From Octopus vulgaris (taxonomy: Eukaryota): 64,000 nt of DNA. Made by a program: the position numbers and the translations under genes. The DNA is taken from assembly GCA_951406725.2 (NCBI GenBank), contig OX597815.1:151466001-151530000 (forward strand). The letters run 5' to 3'. Under the pieces are notes generated by a model. It was not told where the DNA came from, ran no database searches, and saw nothing but the letters and a program-made list of their open reading frames with translations. Positions 40,652 to 54,075 of the stretch are shown in pieces. The stretch's first letter is position 1; the number at the start of each line of letters is the position of its first letter.

Positions 40652-40838
40652 CACCGGCACAGGTATCACAACTACAATTTCCATTTGCTATTTATTTTGA
40701 TGTTGATGTACTTGACACAATAGGTCTCCTCAAGCACAGCAGGTCATCTACTTGATGTGCTTGAGGAGACCTATTGAGTCAAGTACATCAACTTCAAAAG
40801 GTCAAATGGAAATTGTAGTTGTGATACCTGTGCCAGTG
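40652..40838. repeat. Fold-back inverted repeat within the RTE 3' UTR
   Basis: 40652-40738 versus 40756-40838, imperfect. Confidence 0.8.
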
Positions 40839-41018
40839 ATGTACATATATACATATATACATATAGACACACCAGAGTAAGCTCATAACTGTGAAACAAG
40901 GTGGAAAAGATAGTACTTGAATACCGTAGGTAGAGTAATATGCTTTATTAATAAAGCTGCAAAGCATTGGAATATTGATGAAAGGGAATGTGAAACTCTG
41001 AGTAACAGTTTTCGGGAC

Positions 41019-41537
<519 letters not shown>

Positions 41538-41774
41538 CATACATATATGTGTACATATACATGTATATGTGTGTGTGTGTGTCTGAGCGTGTATGTAAAT
41601 GTAGGTCCGAGAGTTTCATGCATTGGCACTTGTTTGTTAAGTGCCAAAGCACAAAACTCCCGGCCCTTGAGTCACTCTGTTATATCTGTTAATATTAATA
41701 AGTATATACATATATAAATAAATATATATACCGGGTATCCCAAAAGTCACTAATGGGTTTCAATTTTTAATAAC

Positions 41775-44265
41775 TGGGTGCTTTTTACATGCCACCGACA
41801 CAGGGGCCAGAAGAGGCTGGCAAACGGCCACAATCGGTTGGTGCTTTTACATGTCACCAACACAGACACCAGTCAGGCGGTGCTGGCATCTGCCACGTTC
41901 AGATGATGCTTTTTACGTGTCACCGACATGGGTATCTTAACTACAATTTCCATTTGATTTTTATTTTGATGTTGGTGTTGATGTACTTGCTTAATAGGTC
42001 TCCTCAAGAACAGCGGGTACTCTATGATCCAAGGTTAGCACAGCAGGCCGTCCTGTGAGCCATGAACTTACTTCATTTGTTGGGTTTTCACAGTCACAGC
42101 ATATCCGAGAGGTCTTGGTCTTCATCATTTCCTCTGTGAGGCCCCACTGGCACAGGTATCACAACTACAATATCCATTCGATTTTTATTTTGATGTTGAT
42201 GAACTTGACATAATAGGTCTCCTCAAGCACAGCAGGCTATCCTGCAAGCCATGAACTCACTTCATTTGTCAGGTCTTCGAAATCACAGCATATCTCCAGA
42301 GGTCTCGGTCTTTCATCATAGCCTCTGTGAGGCCCAATGTACGAAGGTCATGCTTGACCACCTTGTCCCATGTCTTCCTGGGTCTACCTCTACCCCTGAT
42401 TCCTTCAACAGTTTGGGAGTGGCACTTCTTCACACATCTCTCCTCACCCATCCGTAGTACATGACCACACCAAAGCAAACGTCTCTCCTGCATGCTGCAT
42501 CCGATGCTTCTTAAGTCCAACATTTCTCTCAGGGCGCTTATACTCTGTCATGCATAGACACTGACATTGCACATCCAGCGGATCATGCTAGCTTCATTTC
42601 TTTCAAGTCTACGTATGTCCTCTGCAGTCACAGCCTATGTTTCACTGCTGTGAAGCATGGCAGTTTGCACATGTGCATCATACAATCTACCTTTCACTCT
42701 GAGCGAGAGACCCTTTGTCGCCAGTAGGGGAAGAAGCTTTCTAAACTTTGCCCAGGCTATTTGTATTCTAGTGGTAACACACTCTGAGCATCCACCCCTG
42801 CTACTAACTTGGTCACCTAGGTGGCGGAAACTGTCAACTACTTCTAGTTTCTCCCCCAGGAGTGTAATGAAATCTGTTTTCCAAGTATCAATGGTGTCTA
42901 TTGCCCCTGTGCATCTGCTGCACACGAAAGCTACCTTCTAGGTTAATTTTCCTTTGATGTTACTGCACCTCTTATGTGTCCATAGCTTACACTGGGTACA
43001 TCTTATGGAGTTTCTACCAACACCTTTTCTACAGATCGAGCAGGGCCACCAACCTGAAGGGGTGTGTGGTGAGTTAGCCTTCCTACTTACTAGAACTCTG
43101 GTCTTTGCTACATTGACTCTAAGGCCTTTTGATTCTAAACCTAGCTTCCACACATGAAGTTTCTTCTCTAGTTCCAGTGGTGATTCTTCTATGAGGGCTA
43201 AGTCATCAGCATAGAGGAGATCCCAGGCGCAACCTGTTTTGAATTCCTCTGTTACTGCCTGGAGGACTATGATGAAAAAAGTGGGACTGATGGCTGAACC
43301 TTGGTGGACCCCTACTTCTACCCAGAATTCTTCACTATACTCGTTGCCAATCCTAACTTTGCTAATGGCCTCTCTGTATAGGACCTGTACAGCCCTAATT
43401 AACCATTTGTCAATCTCCAGTTTCCACATTGCCCACCAGATAAGGGATCAGGGGACCCTGTCAAAGGCTTTCTCTAAGTCCACAAAAGCTATGTATAGGG
43501 GTTTTACCTTTAGCTAGGTATTTCTCTTGCAGTTGCTGAACCAGGAATATGGCATCAGTGGTGCTTCTACCAGGCACAAAACTGAACTGCACCTTATCTA
43601 AGCACCATCTCTCCCTGATGAGATGGGCTATGACCCTCTCCGTGACCTTCATTACCTGATCCAGCAGTTTGATATCCCTGTAGTTATTTCTATCTAGAGC
43701 ATCACCTTTACCCTTGTAGCAGTTGACTATTTTGTTGCTATGCCAGTCGTTAGGTATGGCTCCATCATGAACTACCTAGTTTACAATGCAGGTGACTAAG
43801 CTGTATGCCCACACCACCAGATGTTTTAAGCATCTCAGCAGTGATTCCTGATGGGCCAGGGGCTTTTCCTGGTTTCATACCCTTAATTGCTTTATCTACT
43901 AGGGAGCTGTCTATTCGGATAGCTGGTTCCTCTACTGGATCAACATTTGGCAGGCTCTCCCCTCCCATTCATTCTCCACATTCAGCAGTCTTTCATAATG
44001 GCTTCTCCAAGCCTCTTTCTTTTCAGAATCATTAAAAGCAAGTGCACCATCATCCATTCAAACACATTTCTCTCCTATGACATCACAATTTTCTCTCACA
44101 CACTGTCTTGTAATCCAAAATACCTCAGTTCTTTGGTCCTCACGTCTCTGGACATTGGCAAACTTCTTTTCCGTTTCGCTCTTGGCTATGTATACCTGCT
44201 GCCCAGCCTCCCTCCTTCTGGCTACCTGGTACAGTTCCCTACTACCCCCATCCTTCCAATATATT
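41775..44265 (-). mobile_element. RTE-clade LINE, 5'-truncated and decayed (RT, embedded PHD-like finger, 3' UTR subrepeats)
   Basis: Motifs KAPGPSGITAEML, FVPGRSTTDAIF, GVHQGSAISP, LLYADDLALI, RRLLWCGHVLR and GRGRPRKTW, with stops and frameshifts. The 3' UTR resumes at 40335-40740 and ends in (GAT)n. Confidence 0.93.
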
Positions 44266-44353
44266 TATATATAAAAAGAGGATAAGACCATTATTTAAAT
44301 TAACAACCATATCAAAAAACCTTATAGGTAATAATTATTATTATTAAGATTAT

Positions 44354-44632
44354 AATTAAGGATACCGAAGAGATACCACCATACCAGAAACAGCAGTCAA
44401 AATCTGACTAAAACCACATCAAGTATTCAAACAACACAGGTGAAAAGATAACTGAACCAATAAATTAGCAAATAAATTAATGGATAATTCCATTAATTTT
44501 ATCCATTAATTTATTTGCTAATATATTTGTTCACTTATCTTTTCATCTGTGTTGTTTGAATACTTGATGTGATTTTAGTCAGATTTTGACTGCTATTTCT
44601 GGCATGGTGGTATCTCTTCAGTACCCTTAATT
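44354..44632. repeat. Diverged inverted repeat, 134-bp arms with an 11-nt loop
   Basis: 44354-44487 versus 44499-44632, with about 9-10 substitutions counted by eye. Confidence 0.88.
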
Positions 44633-44635
44633 TTG

Positions 44636-44673
<38 letters not shown>

Positions 44674-44846
44674 ATAAATATTAGGGAATAAATCCAAATT
44701 TACAGGGAAAAAATCAGATTTAGGATTAAATCCAATTTTATAGTTAAATATTATATAATATTATTAGAGACAAAACCACTATTTTGCAAAACAAACAAGG
44801 AAAGACTTAATCAATACATAAAATTTTAATAAAAGTCAAAAAACCG

Positions 44847-44889
44847 CCACTACAATTGTTTCTTGTCTTGATCGACAATCTTCAGGTGG
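44847..44889 (-). ncRNA. Minimal hammerhead ribozyme, identical mirror copy
   Basis: Exact reverse complement of 44939-44981, in the left arm of the palindrome. Confidence 0.75.
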
Positions 44890-44938
44890 ACTTCCAATAA
44901 GTCAGTTTCAAATTATTTGAAACTGACTTATTGGAAGT

Positions 44939-44981
44939 CCACCTGAAGATTGTCGATCAAGACAAGAAACAATTGTAGTGG
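44939..44981 (+). ncRNA. Minimal type I hammerhead ribozyme (Penelope-type)
   Basis: CCAC-CTGAAGA-TTGTC(gatcaa)GACAA-GAAA-CAATTG-TA-GTGG. Stem I CCAC/GTGG, 5-bp stem II, palindromic stem III ACAATTGT, GUA cleavage site. Confidence 0.75.
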
Positions 44982-45065
44982 CGGTTTTTTTGACTTTTAT
45001 TAAAATTTTATGTATTGATTAAGTCTTTCCTTGTTTGTTTTGCAAAATAGTGGTTTTGTCTCTAA

Positions 45066-45325
<260 letters not shown>

Positions 45326-45961
45326 GTGTGTATAGGCGCAGGCGTGGCTGGGTCGTAAGTTGCTTGCTTACAAACCACATGCTTCTGGGTTCAGTCCCAG
45401 TGTGTAGCACCTTGGGTAAATGTCTTCTACTATAGCATTGGGCCGACCAAAGACTTGTGAGTGACTTTGGTAGATGGAAACTGAAAGAAGCCTATCATAT
45501 ATATATAGGTGTGTGTGTATGTGTGTATACGTTTGTGTGTCTGTTTGTCCCCCCAACATCACATGACAACCAATGCTGGTGTGTTTACGTCCCCCCATAA
45601 CTTAGTGGTTCAGCAAAAGAAACTGATAAAATAAGTATTAGGCTTACAAAGAATAAGTCCTGGGATTGATTTGCTCGACTAAGGGTGGTGCTCCAGCTTG
45701 GCCATAGTCAAATGACTGAAACGAACTTATCAGGCTCTTAAGAGTACTGGACAAAATGGCTGGCATTATTTATTTCTTTTGGTTTTTGATCTTTTGAGTT
45801 TGGTTTTTGAGCTCAGCTTCTACCTAGGTCAAATTTGCCTCTCATTCTCCCTGTATCACAAAATAAATTACCAGAATAAACTAAAATGCCAGTCTGGTGG
45901 AAATGTTAAAACATTGGATGGGATGCTTTGCAATATTATTTCAAGCTCTATCCATTGGGAA

Positions 45962-46712
45962 TGGAGGTGCAATGGCCCAGTGGTTAGGGCAGTGGACTTG
46001 CGGTGTAGGTTTTTGGTTTTGATTCCCTGACTGGGCATTGTGAGTGTTTATTGAGTGAAATCCCCTAACTCTCCATGAGGCTCTGGCAGGGAGTGGTGGT
46101 GAACCCTGCTGTACTCTTTCACCACAGCTTTCTCTTACTCTTACTTCCTCTTTCTGTTGTACCTGTATTTCAAAGGGGCCCAGCCTTGTCACACTCTGTG
46201 TCATGCTGAATCTCCGTGGAGTACTCAGCCACATGCACGTTAATTTCATGAGCAGGCTGTTCCATTGATCGGATCAACTGGAACCTTCATTGTAACTGAC
46301 AGAGTGCCACACTATTTATGTGTATGTGCGTGTGTGTGTGGAGTCGCAATGGCTCAGTGGTTAGGGCAACAGACTTGTGGTGTAAGTTCATGGTTTTGAT
46401 TCCCAGACCGGGCATTGTGAGTGTTTATTGAGCGAAAACACCTAAAGCTCCATGGGGCTCCGGCAGGGGATGGTGGTGAACTCTGCCATACTCTTTCACC
46501 ACAGCTTTCTCTCACTCTTTCTTCCTGTTTCTGTTGTATTTCAAAGGGCCAGCCTTGTCACACTCTGTGTCTCACTGAATCTCCCGAGAACTACGTTAAG
46601 AGTACACGTGTCTGTGTAGTTCTCAGTCACTTGCAGGTTAATTTCACGGGCCTGCTGTTCTGTTGATCGGATCAGCTGGAACCCTCATCATCATAACTGA
46701 CAGAGTGCCACA
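45962..46712 (+). mobile_element. Two tandem tRNA-derived SINEs, family C
   Basis: GCAATGGCCCAGTGGTTAGGGCAG head repeated at 45962 and 46340. Relatives at 33480-33852(-), 32010-32305 and 49290-49600(-). Confidence 0.85.
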
Positions 46713-48176
46713 ATCCATTGGGAGTTCAAATCCTGCTATGGATTTTTTAGATGGTAATAATCTGCTGCTTGTTTTAACCCCTTTACATAGTTCTTAAGTA
46801 TCTTTAGCAGAGTCTATTATATCGTGAGAAGTCATCCTAGATCTTTTGGTTGGTGAAAATTTTCAACCCCTATCCATCCCTCACTTCTTATATTGCTGCA
46901 ATCCTCAAACACCTGTAGTCTTCATGGGTAAGAGACTTAAGCCATCACCTTCTTTAAATACTAACACTTTGTCCTTGGGTACCTTTTGCAGAATCCAGGG
47001 TATTTCAGCTTACTAAGCAGTGTATTATGTCCTTGAGCAAGACACTTTATTTCACTTTGCTCCAGTCCATTCAGCTGGCAAAAAGAAGTTGCACATGTAT
47101 TTTAAGAGAATTATGTCTGTGGAGTGCTCAGCCACTTGCACGTTAATTCTACAAGTAGACTATTCCATTGATCGGATTAACTGGAGCACTTGTGATCATA
47201 ACTGCCTGAGTGCCAGTAACCAGAATTCACTCCATCGCAAACACTTGGCTTTGGTCCTTCAGTTGAAGATAGCCTTCCTTCCTCCCTCCTTCCTTCTCTC
47301 CCTACTCTGCCACAAGCCTCGAAGCCCAGGAAAAAGTCATGGGCGCTACTCTTCACTCTTAGCTAAGACATAAAAGGAAAAAAATTATAATACAGAAGAT
47401 TACGTGTTTTAGGGCGAGAATAGTCAATTAAATCAATCCCCTCTACTTGAGACAAGAATATTGTAACAAAAGCGAAACAGAGTTCTCTTTCCATAAGATT
47501 TTCCCTTTTGTAAAAGTCTTTTTGTTCTTGTTTAACTTCAAAATATTATATAAAAGACAGAAATAAGCAGGAGAAAGAAGCTACTGCCAACCTTTTCTTT
47601 TATATTTATAACTTAATTTTTTTTTTTTTCTATAGATGGGAGGAAATTTTGTTTCTAATCATATCTGTAGTGATTTTGAGAACTGGTTATTTTAAGCTCA
47701 AAACCTCTTTATAATCTGGTAATTGTTGGGTTTAGACTCCAATAATTATTGGTGAGTGGTTGGTAGTGGGTGGGTTGTGTGGGGAAGGCCGGGGGTTGGG
47801 TATGTTCTTATTCTTTATATTTTCTCTTGTCAGGAAAATAATCGATATTAGCGTTTCTGACTTGGCTTCAATGGTTCTTTTTCTTTTCTCTTTTCTTTCT
47901 CTTTTTTTTTTACTTTTTAAGATTATGTTCTGTTCTGGTGGTATATGAATCACAATCCATCTATGTGTGCATGTGCATGTGTGTATGTGTGTGTGTGTGT
48001 GTGTGTTTGCATGTGTGTGTGTTGTATGCTGGTGTTTGTGTAGTTGTGTATGTATTTGTATATATGGGTGGTTATATATGTATGTCTGTATACATACACA
48101 CACACACAGACCCCCCCACATAAATATGCATGTATATATATATATCTGTATATCCCATCCATCCATCAATCAATCA

Positions 48177-48272
<96 letters not shown>

Positions 48273-50502
48273 TTATCTACCTATCTATATGTGTGTGTGT
48301 GGTGTGTGTATATGTATGTATATATGTGTGTAGGAATATACATACATAATGTATATATGTATGTTTATGATCATGTATATATATTTGTGAGTGTATATAT
48401 ATATACATATCCACATATGCACATATATACATACAGACAGACAGACAGACATACTGATGTGTGCACATAATTACTCACAAACAGAGACATCTTTGGTCAC
48501 AGCCAACTACGTATACACATACATACACATACACAGACTCACACAGACATACACAGACTCACATGTATGCACATAACAGAGATATGCATATGTCATCATC
48601 ATCATCATCATCGTCGTTCAACATCCGTTTCCCATGCTGGCATGGGTTGGTTGGTTCGACAGCAGCTGGTCAGCTGAAGAACAGCTCAAGTCCCACAGAC
48701 CCCATGTTTGTTTTGGCAAGTTTTCTACAGCTGGATGCCCTTCCTAATACCAACCACTTTACAGAGAGTACTGGATGCTTTTACGCAGCACCAGCACGGA
48801 CGTGTTTATGTGGCACCGGGTCGGGTGCTTTTAACATGGCACCAGCACCCATGAGCCCACAAGGCTAGGAATGCTCAGCTGGAGAGGGATGCAGGGGATA
48901 GCCTGTATGCAGGGACAACCAAGGTTTTACACAGCTTGATGTGCCTTCTCAAGCACAGGAATCCCAGTCCCGTCTGTGAGTCCCAACATCTGTAGATCCT
49001 ATTCCACCACTTCATCCTATGTCTTCCTGGGTCTATCCATTCCACATATTCCCTCTGCTATTTGAGATCAGCACCTCTTAATGTAACTGTCTTCATTCAT
49101 ATGCATTACATGACAATACCAGTGCAGTCTTCTCTTTTGCACACTACATCTGATGCCTCATGCACCCAGTTCTTCTCTCAAGCCACTTATACTCTGTTGT
49201 ATGTGCACACTGACATTACCTATCCAGCGGAGCATACTGGCTTCATTTCCTTCAAACCTTCACATATCCTCAGTATTCACAGCCCATAGGAGCATTCCGT
49301 CGGTTATGATAACGAGGGTCCCAGCTGATACGATCAACAGAACAGCTTGCTCGTGAAATTAACGTGCAAGTGACTGAGCAATCCACAGACACATGTACCC
49401 TTAACGTAGTTCTCAGGGAGATTCAGTGTGACAAGGCCGGCCCTTTGAAGTACAGGTATTGCTCATTTTTGCCAGCTTAGAAGACTGGAGCAATGTGAAA
49501 TAAAGTGTCTTGCTCAAAGACATGACACCTCACCGGGAATTGAACTCGTGACCTTACAATCGCGAGCCGAATGCCCTAACCACTAAGCCACACACCTTCA
49601 CTAGTTACAGCCCACATCTTACTGCTATGTAGCATAGCGTTTTGTACACAGGTATCATACAATCTGATCTGTCAGTGTTTCTACAACTGGATGCCCTTCC
49701 TAACGCCAACCACTCATAGGGTGTAGTAGGTGCTTTTTATGTGCCACCAGCACAGGAGCCATTCAGGCAGACCTGGCTTCGACCACGTTTGGATGGTGCT
49801 TTTGGATGGTGCCACTGGCACGGGAGCCAGTCAGGGGGTACTGGCATCAGCCATGTTTGATTGTTGCTTTTTACATGCCACTGGCACGGTAACTTTCAGG
49901 CAGACCTGGCATCGACTACATTCGGATGGTTCTTTTTATAGGTCACTGGCACGGTGGCCAGTTAGGGGGCACCAGCCCCACCTACGATATTAGTTTTACT
50001 TGACTCAATATGTCTTCTCAAGCATATCATATCGCCTGACACATCAGGGGTATTCCTTACAGGGCTGGACATGTCTGAAGGTCATGCTTCACCATCTCGT
50101 CCCATGTCTTCCTGGGTCTACCTCTACAACAGGTTCCTTCTACAGTTAGGGAGTGGCATTTCTTCACACAGCTGTCTTCATGCATACATAACACATGGCC
50201 ATACCAGCACAGTTGCCTCCCTTGCACACCATATTTGATGCTTCTAATGTCCAACTTTTATCTCGGTGCTTCCACTTTGTCATGTATGCACCCTGACATT
50301 ACACATCCTGTGGATCATACTAGCTTCATTTCTTTCAAGCCTACACATGTCCTCAGCATTCATGACCCATGTTTCACTGTCGTGTAGCATGGCACTTCAC
50401 ACACATGCATCATACAGTCTTCCTTTCCTCCTGAGCGAGAGGCCCTTAGTTGCCAGCAGAGGTAGGAGCTCCCTGAACTTTGCCCAGGCTATTCTTACTC
50501 TA

Positions 50503-50661
50503 CATTATCTACGTTTGACGGATATTTGTCCTCATCTTGTTTATTGTTAACACAATGTTCGGCTGATATACCATCAAGCCTTCATCAGGTGTCTTGGGGG
50601 AAATTTCAAATCTGGGTTCCCATTCCTAAGGTATTTTTCGATGTTATCATCATCATCATTG

Positions 50662-50695
<34 letters not shown>

Positions 50696-51248
50696 TATTG
50701 AGTGAGAGAGCAGTGCATGCCATCAAAGTGACACAGGGGTAAAATATACGAAACCCAGTATACCCATCATGACTACCCGTCTGATAAGGGTACACCAGGC
50801 ACATGCATCACAACCATATGTGTGCGACATGGTGATCTCATGATAAACAACACATAACCTTGCAGGAGGGGCCCAGTTAGAATTTTCTTCTGGTCGAGTA
50901 ACCCATGCTGCTCAAAAGGTTCCTGAATAAGGGCTGTTTGAGGATGTTGAACGAAACACCCATGTTTCCAGAGGTGAATTATTCCAACCCCAAAGAATCC
51001 CTCTCAACACATGACTATGATGCTCCCCGACTACTTCTGCTCATGATCTGAGATGCACATATCGTCAGCCACCAAGGGACATGCTCAGCTGGTTAAGGTC
51101 AAACAACTGACAAGCAAATCTATGGTATTGAGCAGAATATTTGCTGTAGCCCATCTTTTCTACCAAGACAAAACAATGTACATGGTAACACTTCCAATCA
51201 GTTAAGATCAGAAGCCACATGAGCCACTGCCTGGTACTGCATCAGGGC

Positions 51249-51284
<36 letters not shown>

Positions 51285-51826
51285 CATTATTCAGGACACT
51301 GCTTGTTTCAGTTGATGTTTTCTCCATCGGTTGTAATGGATCCTCTCACGGATGAGGGCATGCCCTGCCCTTTCCGCTACTCTTCTAGCTTTATATTAAT
51401 CTACTGGTGTCATGATATTCAAGCCAGGTGGTATTAGCTTTGAGTCTCTACATCTATACAAGAAAGTCAGATGGTTTGAAAGATGAGCTAGTTTCTCTAT
51501 ATGTCTCCATTGAAGTCTAATGTCGGCTCCATACCAATTAGATAATACAGTTCTATATTTACGAGATGAGGAATTATGTACATTATTTACATTATTTACA
51601 TTTGACAGATATTCATCCTCATCTTGTTTGTTGGTAACACAACATTTCGGCTGATATACTCTCCAGCCTTCATCAGGTGTCTTGTGGGAAAATGCAAACC
51701 TGGATTCTCATTCCTAAGGTATTTTTCGATGTTATTATTATCGTGTTAACAACAAACAAGATGAGGATAAATATCCGTCAAATGTAAATAATGTACATAA
51801 TTCCTCATCTCCTAAATATAGAACTG
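50503..51826 (-). mobile_element. Composite Penelope-type non-autonomous insertion (two tandem HHR-bearing repeats plus inverted end) nested in an RTE LINE
   Basis: 13-bp direct repeat TATTCTTACTCTA at 50490-50502 and 51827-51839. RTE sequence continues collinearly on both sides. Inverted repeat between about 51545-51640 and 51744-51830. Confidence 0.7.
51636..51681 (-). ncRNA. Minimal hammerhead ribozyme motif (related, more decayed copies at 50549-50593 and 33088-33130)
   Basis: Minus strand GACAC-CTGATGA-a-GGCTG(gagagtatat)CAGCC-GAAAT-GTT-GTGTT. Stem I GACAC/GTGTT. Confidence 0.6.
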
Positions 51827-52675
51827 TATTCTTACTCTAGTCGCTACACTCTCAGAGCAACCACCCCCAGTACAGTTGCTTAGGTAGCAGAAGCTATTAA
51901 CTACTTCTAGTTTCTCCCCTTATTACCTCAGTGCATCTGCCACATGCAATAACTATTTTCTCGTTTAATCTTCCCTTGATATTGCAGCACCTTTTATGTG
52001 TTCATAGCTTACAGCAGGTATATTGTACGCCTTTTCTACAGATCAAGCAGGGCCATCTGCCTGAAGCAGGTTGTGATTTGACACCCTTCCTACTTACTAA
52101 TGCCTTAGTTTTGGCCCTTCAATTCTAGACCTTGCTTCCACACCCTAAACTATGTCTCCAGTTCTGGTAGTGACTCAGCTATTAGAGCAAGGTCATCAGC
52201 ATAGATGAGCTCCCAGGGGCAGCCTGTCTTGAATTCCTCTGTTAATGCCTGGATGACTATAATGAATAAGAGGGGATTTTAGTTGAATTAATTGAACCCA
52301 GTAGCAATGTTGCTTATTCTATTGGTCTCTTTTGTCAATCCACTAAAGTTATGGGGATGTAAACACACAACACTGGTTCTCAGGCAGTGGTGATGGTGGT
52401 GGAGGCAATACAGACACAAAGACACACACACAAATGCGCACACACAAATGCGCGCACGCACACACACACACACACACACACATACACACATACACACACA
52501 CAAGGGGTTTCTTTCAGTTTCTGTCTACCAAATCTACTCACAAGGCATTGGTTAGCCTGAGGCTATAGTAGAACATACTTGTCCAACATGCTATGCAGTG
52601 GGACTGAGCCCTGAACCATGTAGTTGGGCAGCAAATTTCTTATCACACAGCCATGCCTGCACCTATGTACGTATG

Positions 52676-52752
<77 letters not shown>

Positions 52753-52804
52753 ATACAGTATGTGAGAGATGGGAGGACTGAAAGTTCAAATATTGGTGTG
52801 CATC

Positions 52805-53590
52805 TGTAGGTTTGTGGAAGAAATCTGTTTTTCAGGTGTTATTTTCTTTAATTAGAAGTATGTCTAAAAATGGTAATTCCTTTGTGTGTTGTTCGATGGC
52901 GAATTTTATTGAGGTATAAAAATTATTTAAAAGTGAGCGAAAGATTCCTAAGTCTTCTTGGTTTTTGGTCCAAAATATAAAGCAGTCATCCAAATATTGT
53001 TCCCAATTGTTTTTTTATATAAATGGAAAAATGTTTGTTAAATGTTTCTGTTAGTTGGGAATAGAGTTTGACCTCAAGGAAGCCTATTGCATAGGTGGAG
53101 GCTACTTTTGTACCTATCACCATTCCTTTTATCTGTAAGTAGAAGTTGTTGTCGAAGAAATGATTATTTTCCAGATTATTTTCCAGTAAAATGAAGGTTT
53201 TTGAGAATCTTTCCATGATATGATTTGGGTGTTTTGTTAAATAGAAATTTATAGCTTCACTTCCAAGTTTATGTGGGATATTGGTGTATAGACTATTTAT
53301 ATCGAAACTAATAAGAATTGTCTACTGGTGGACACTTTTAGGTATGTATTTCAAGAAGTTCATATCTATTAAGTTACTTAAGTGTTGTGTACTTGATGCT
53401 GGTCCTGCAATAATCGGGTATGGTGTCAGATCCCTGAGTTTAGGAATTTCAACATATGTTAAATTGTTTCCTTTTATGCTATCTTGGATTTCTTTCGATT
53501 TGTAGATCTTGGGTAAACCGTAGAAGTTACTGGTTTTTGCTACAAGGTTGGTTAAATAATTAACTTCATTTTCAGTTAGGTTATGATATT
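52805..53590 (-). mobile_element. Penelope-like element reverse transcriptase fragment (decayed)
   Basis: Minus-strand motifs FYGLPKIYK, PIIAGP, SFDINSLYTNIP, LENNHFFDNNFYLQIKGMVIGT, LPFLDI and TDFFHKPTD, with frameshifts. Confidence 0.9.
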
Positions 53591-53645
53591 TTGGACCAGC
53601 CTATGTATCTTGCACAGGGTATTTATATCCTCCTTTTGGTTTAGC

Positions 53646-53724
53646 TTCTTCTTCTTCTTCTTCTTCTTCTTCTTCTTCTTCTTCTTCTTCTTCTTCTTCT
53701 TCTTCTTCTTCTTCTTCTTCTTCC
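53646..53724. repeat. (CTT)n microsatellite
   Basis: Direct reading. Confidence 0.95.
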
Positions 53725-53995
53725 TGCATGCTTTTGTATTTTTTTTATATATATATTTTTATATTTTTACCCCTTTTCTGTGTATATTATCTTGTATGTA
53801 TACTTGCAATAAAAATCTTTTGTTATTTAGGCAACCAGTAAACCATGCAGTTTTCGGTTTGCAAACAGCTACTTGAAGTTCAAAGAGTAACTCGTTGTAA
53901 ACATTATTATTAAGATTAAAATATAAATTATCCTCCTCAAAAAGCCATCTCTACTCATTTTTCACAGACACACAGACAGACATATATACACAGAC

Positions 53996-54075
<80 letters not shown>

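Larger units (their letters stand above)
48594..52275 (-). mobile_element. Cluster of nested RTE LINE fragments and RTE 3' tails
   Basis: WYGHVL...GRPRKTW at 50057-50254 and further RT pieces at 49000-49290, 50266-50500 and 51830-52275, interrupted by SINE and Penelope-type insertions. Confidence 0.8.

Noticed and set aside
40500-40660. Regularly spaced repeats of about 50 bp (GGTGCTTTTTACGTGCCACC...), superficially CRISPR-like; also 31490-31690, 41775-41930 and 49730-49960
   Set aside because: The spacers are themselves homologous, the context is eukaryotic with no cas genes, and these are RTE 3' UTR subrepeats.
44590-44625. Minus-strand CTGAAGA...GAAAT in the older palindrome
   Set aside because: The intervening sequence cannot form stem II, and there is no stem I partner.
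47636-47718. Plus-strand exon-like segment after a strong polypyrimidine acceptor (similar case at 53831)
   Set aside because: The ATG frame closes with an early stop and there are no partner exons. It cannot be distinguished from chance in T-rich DNA.
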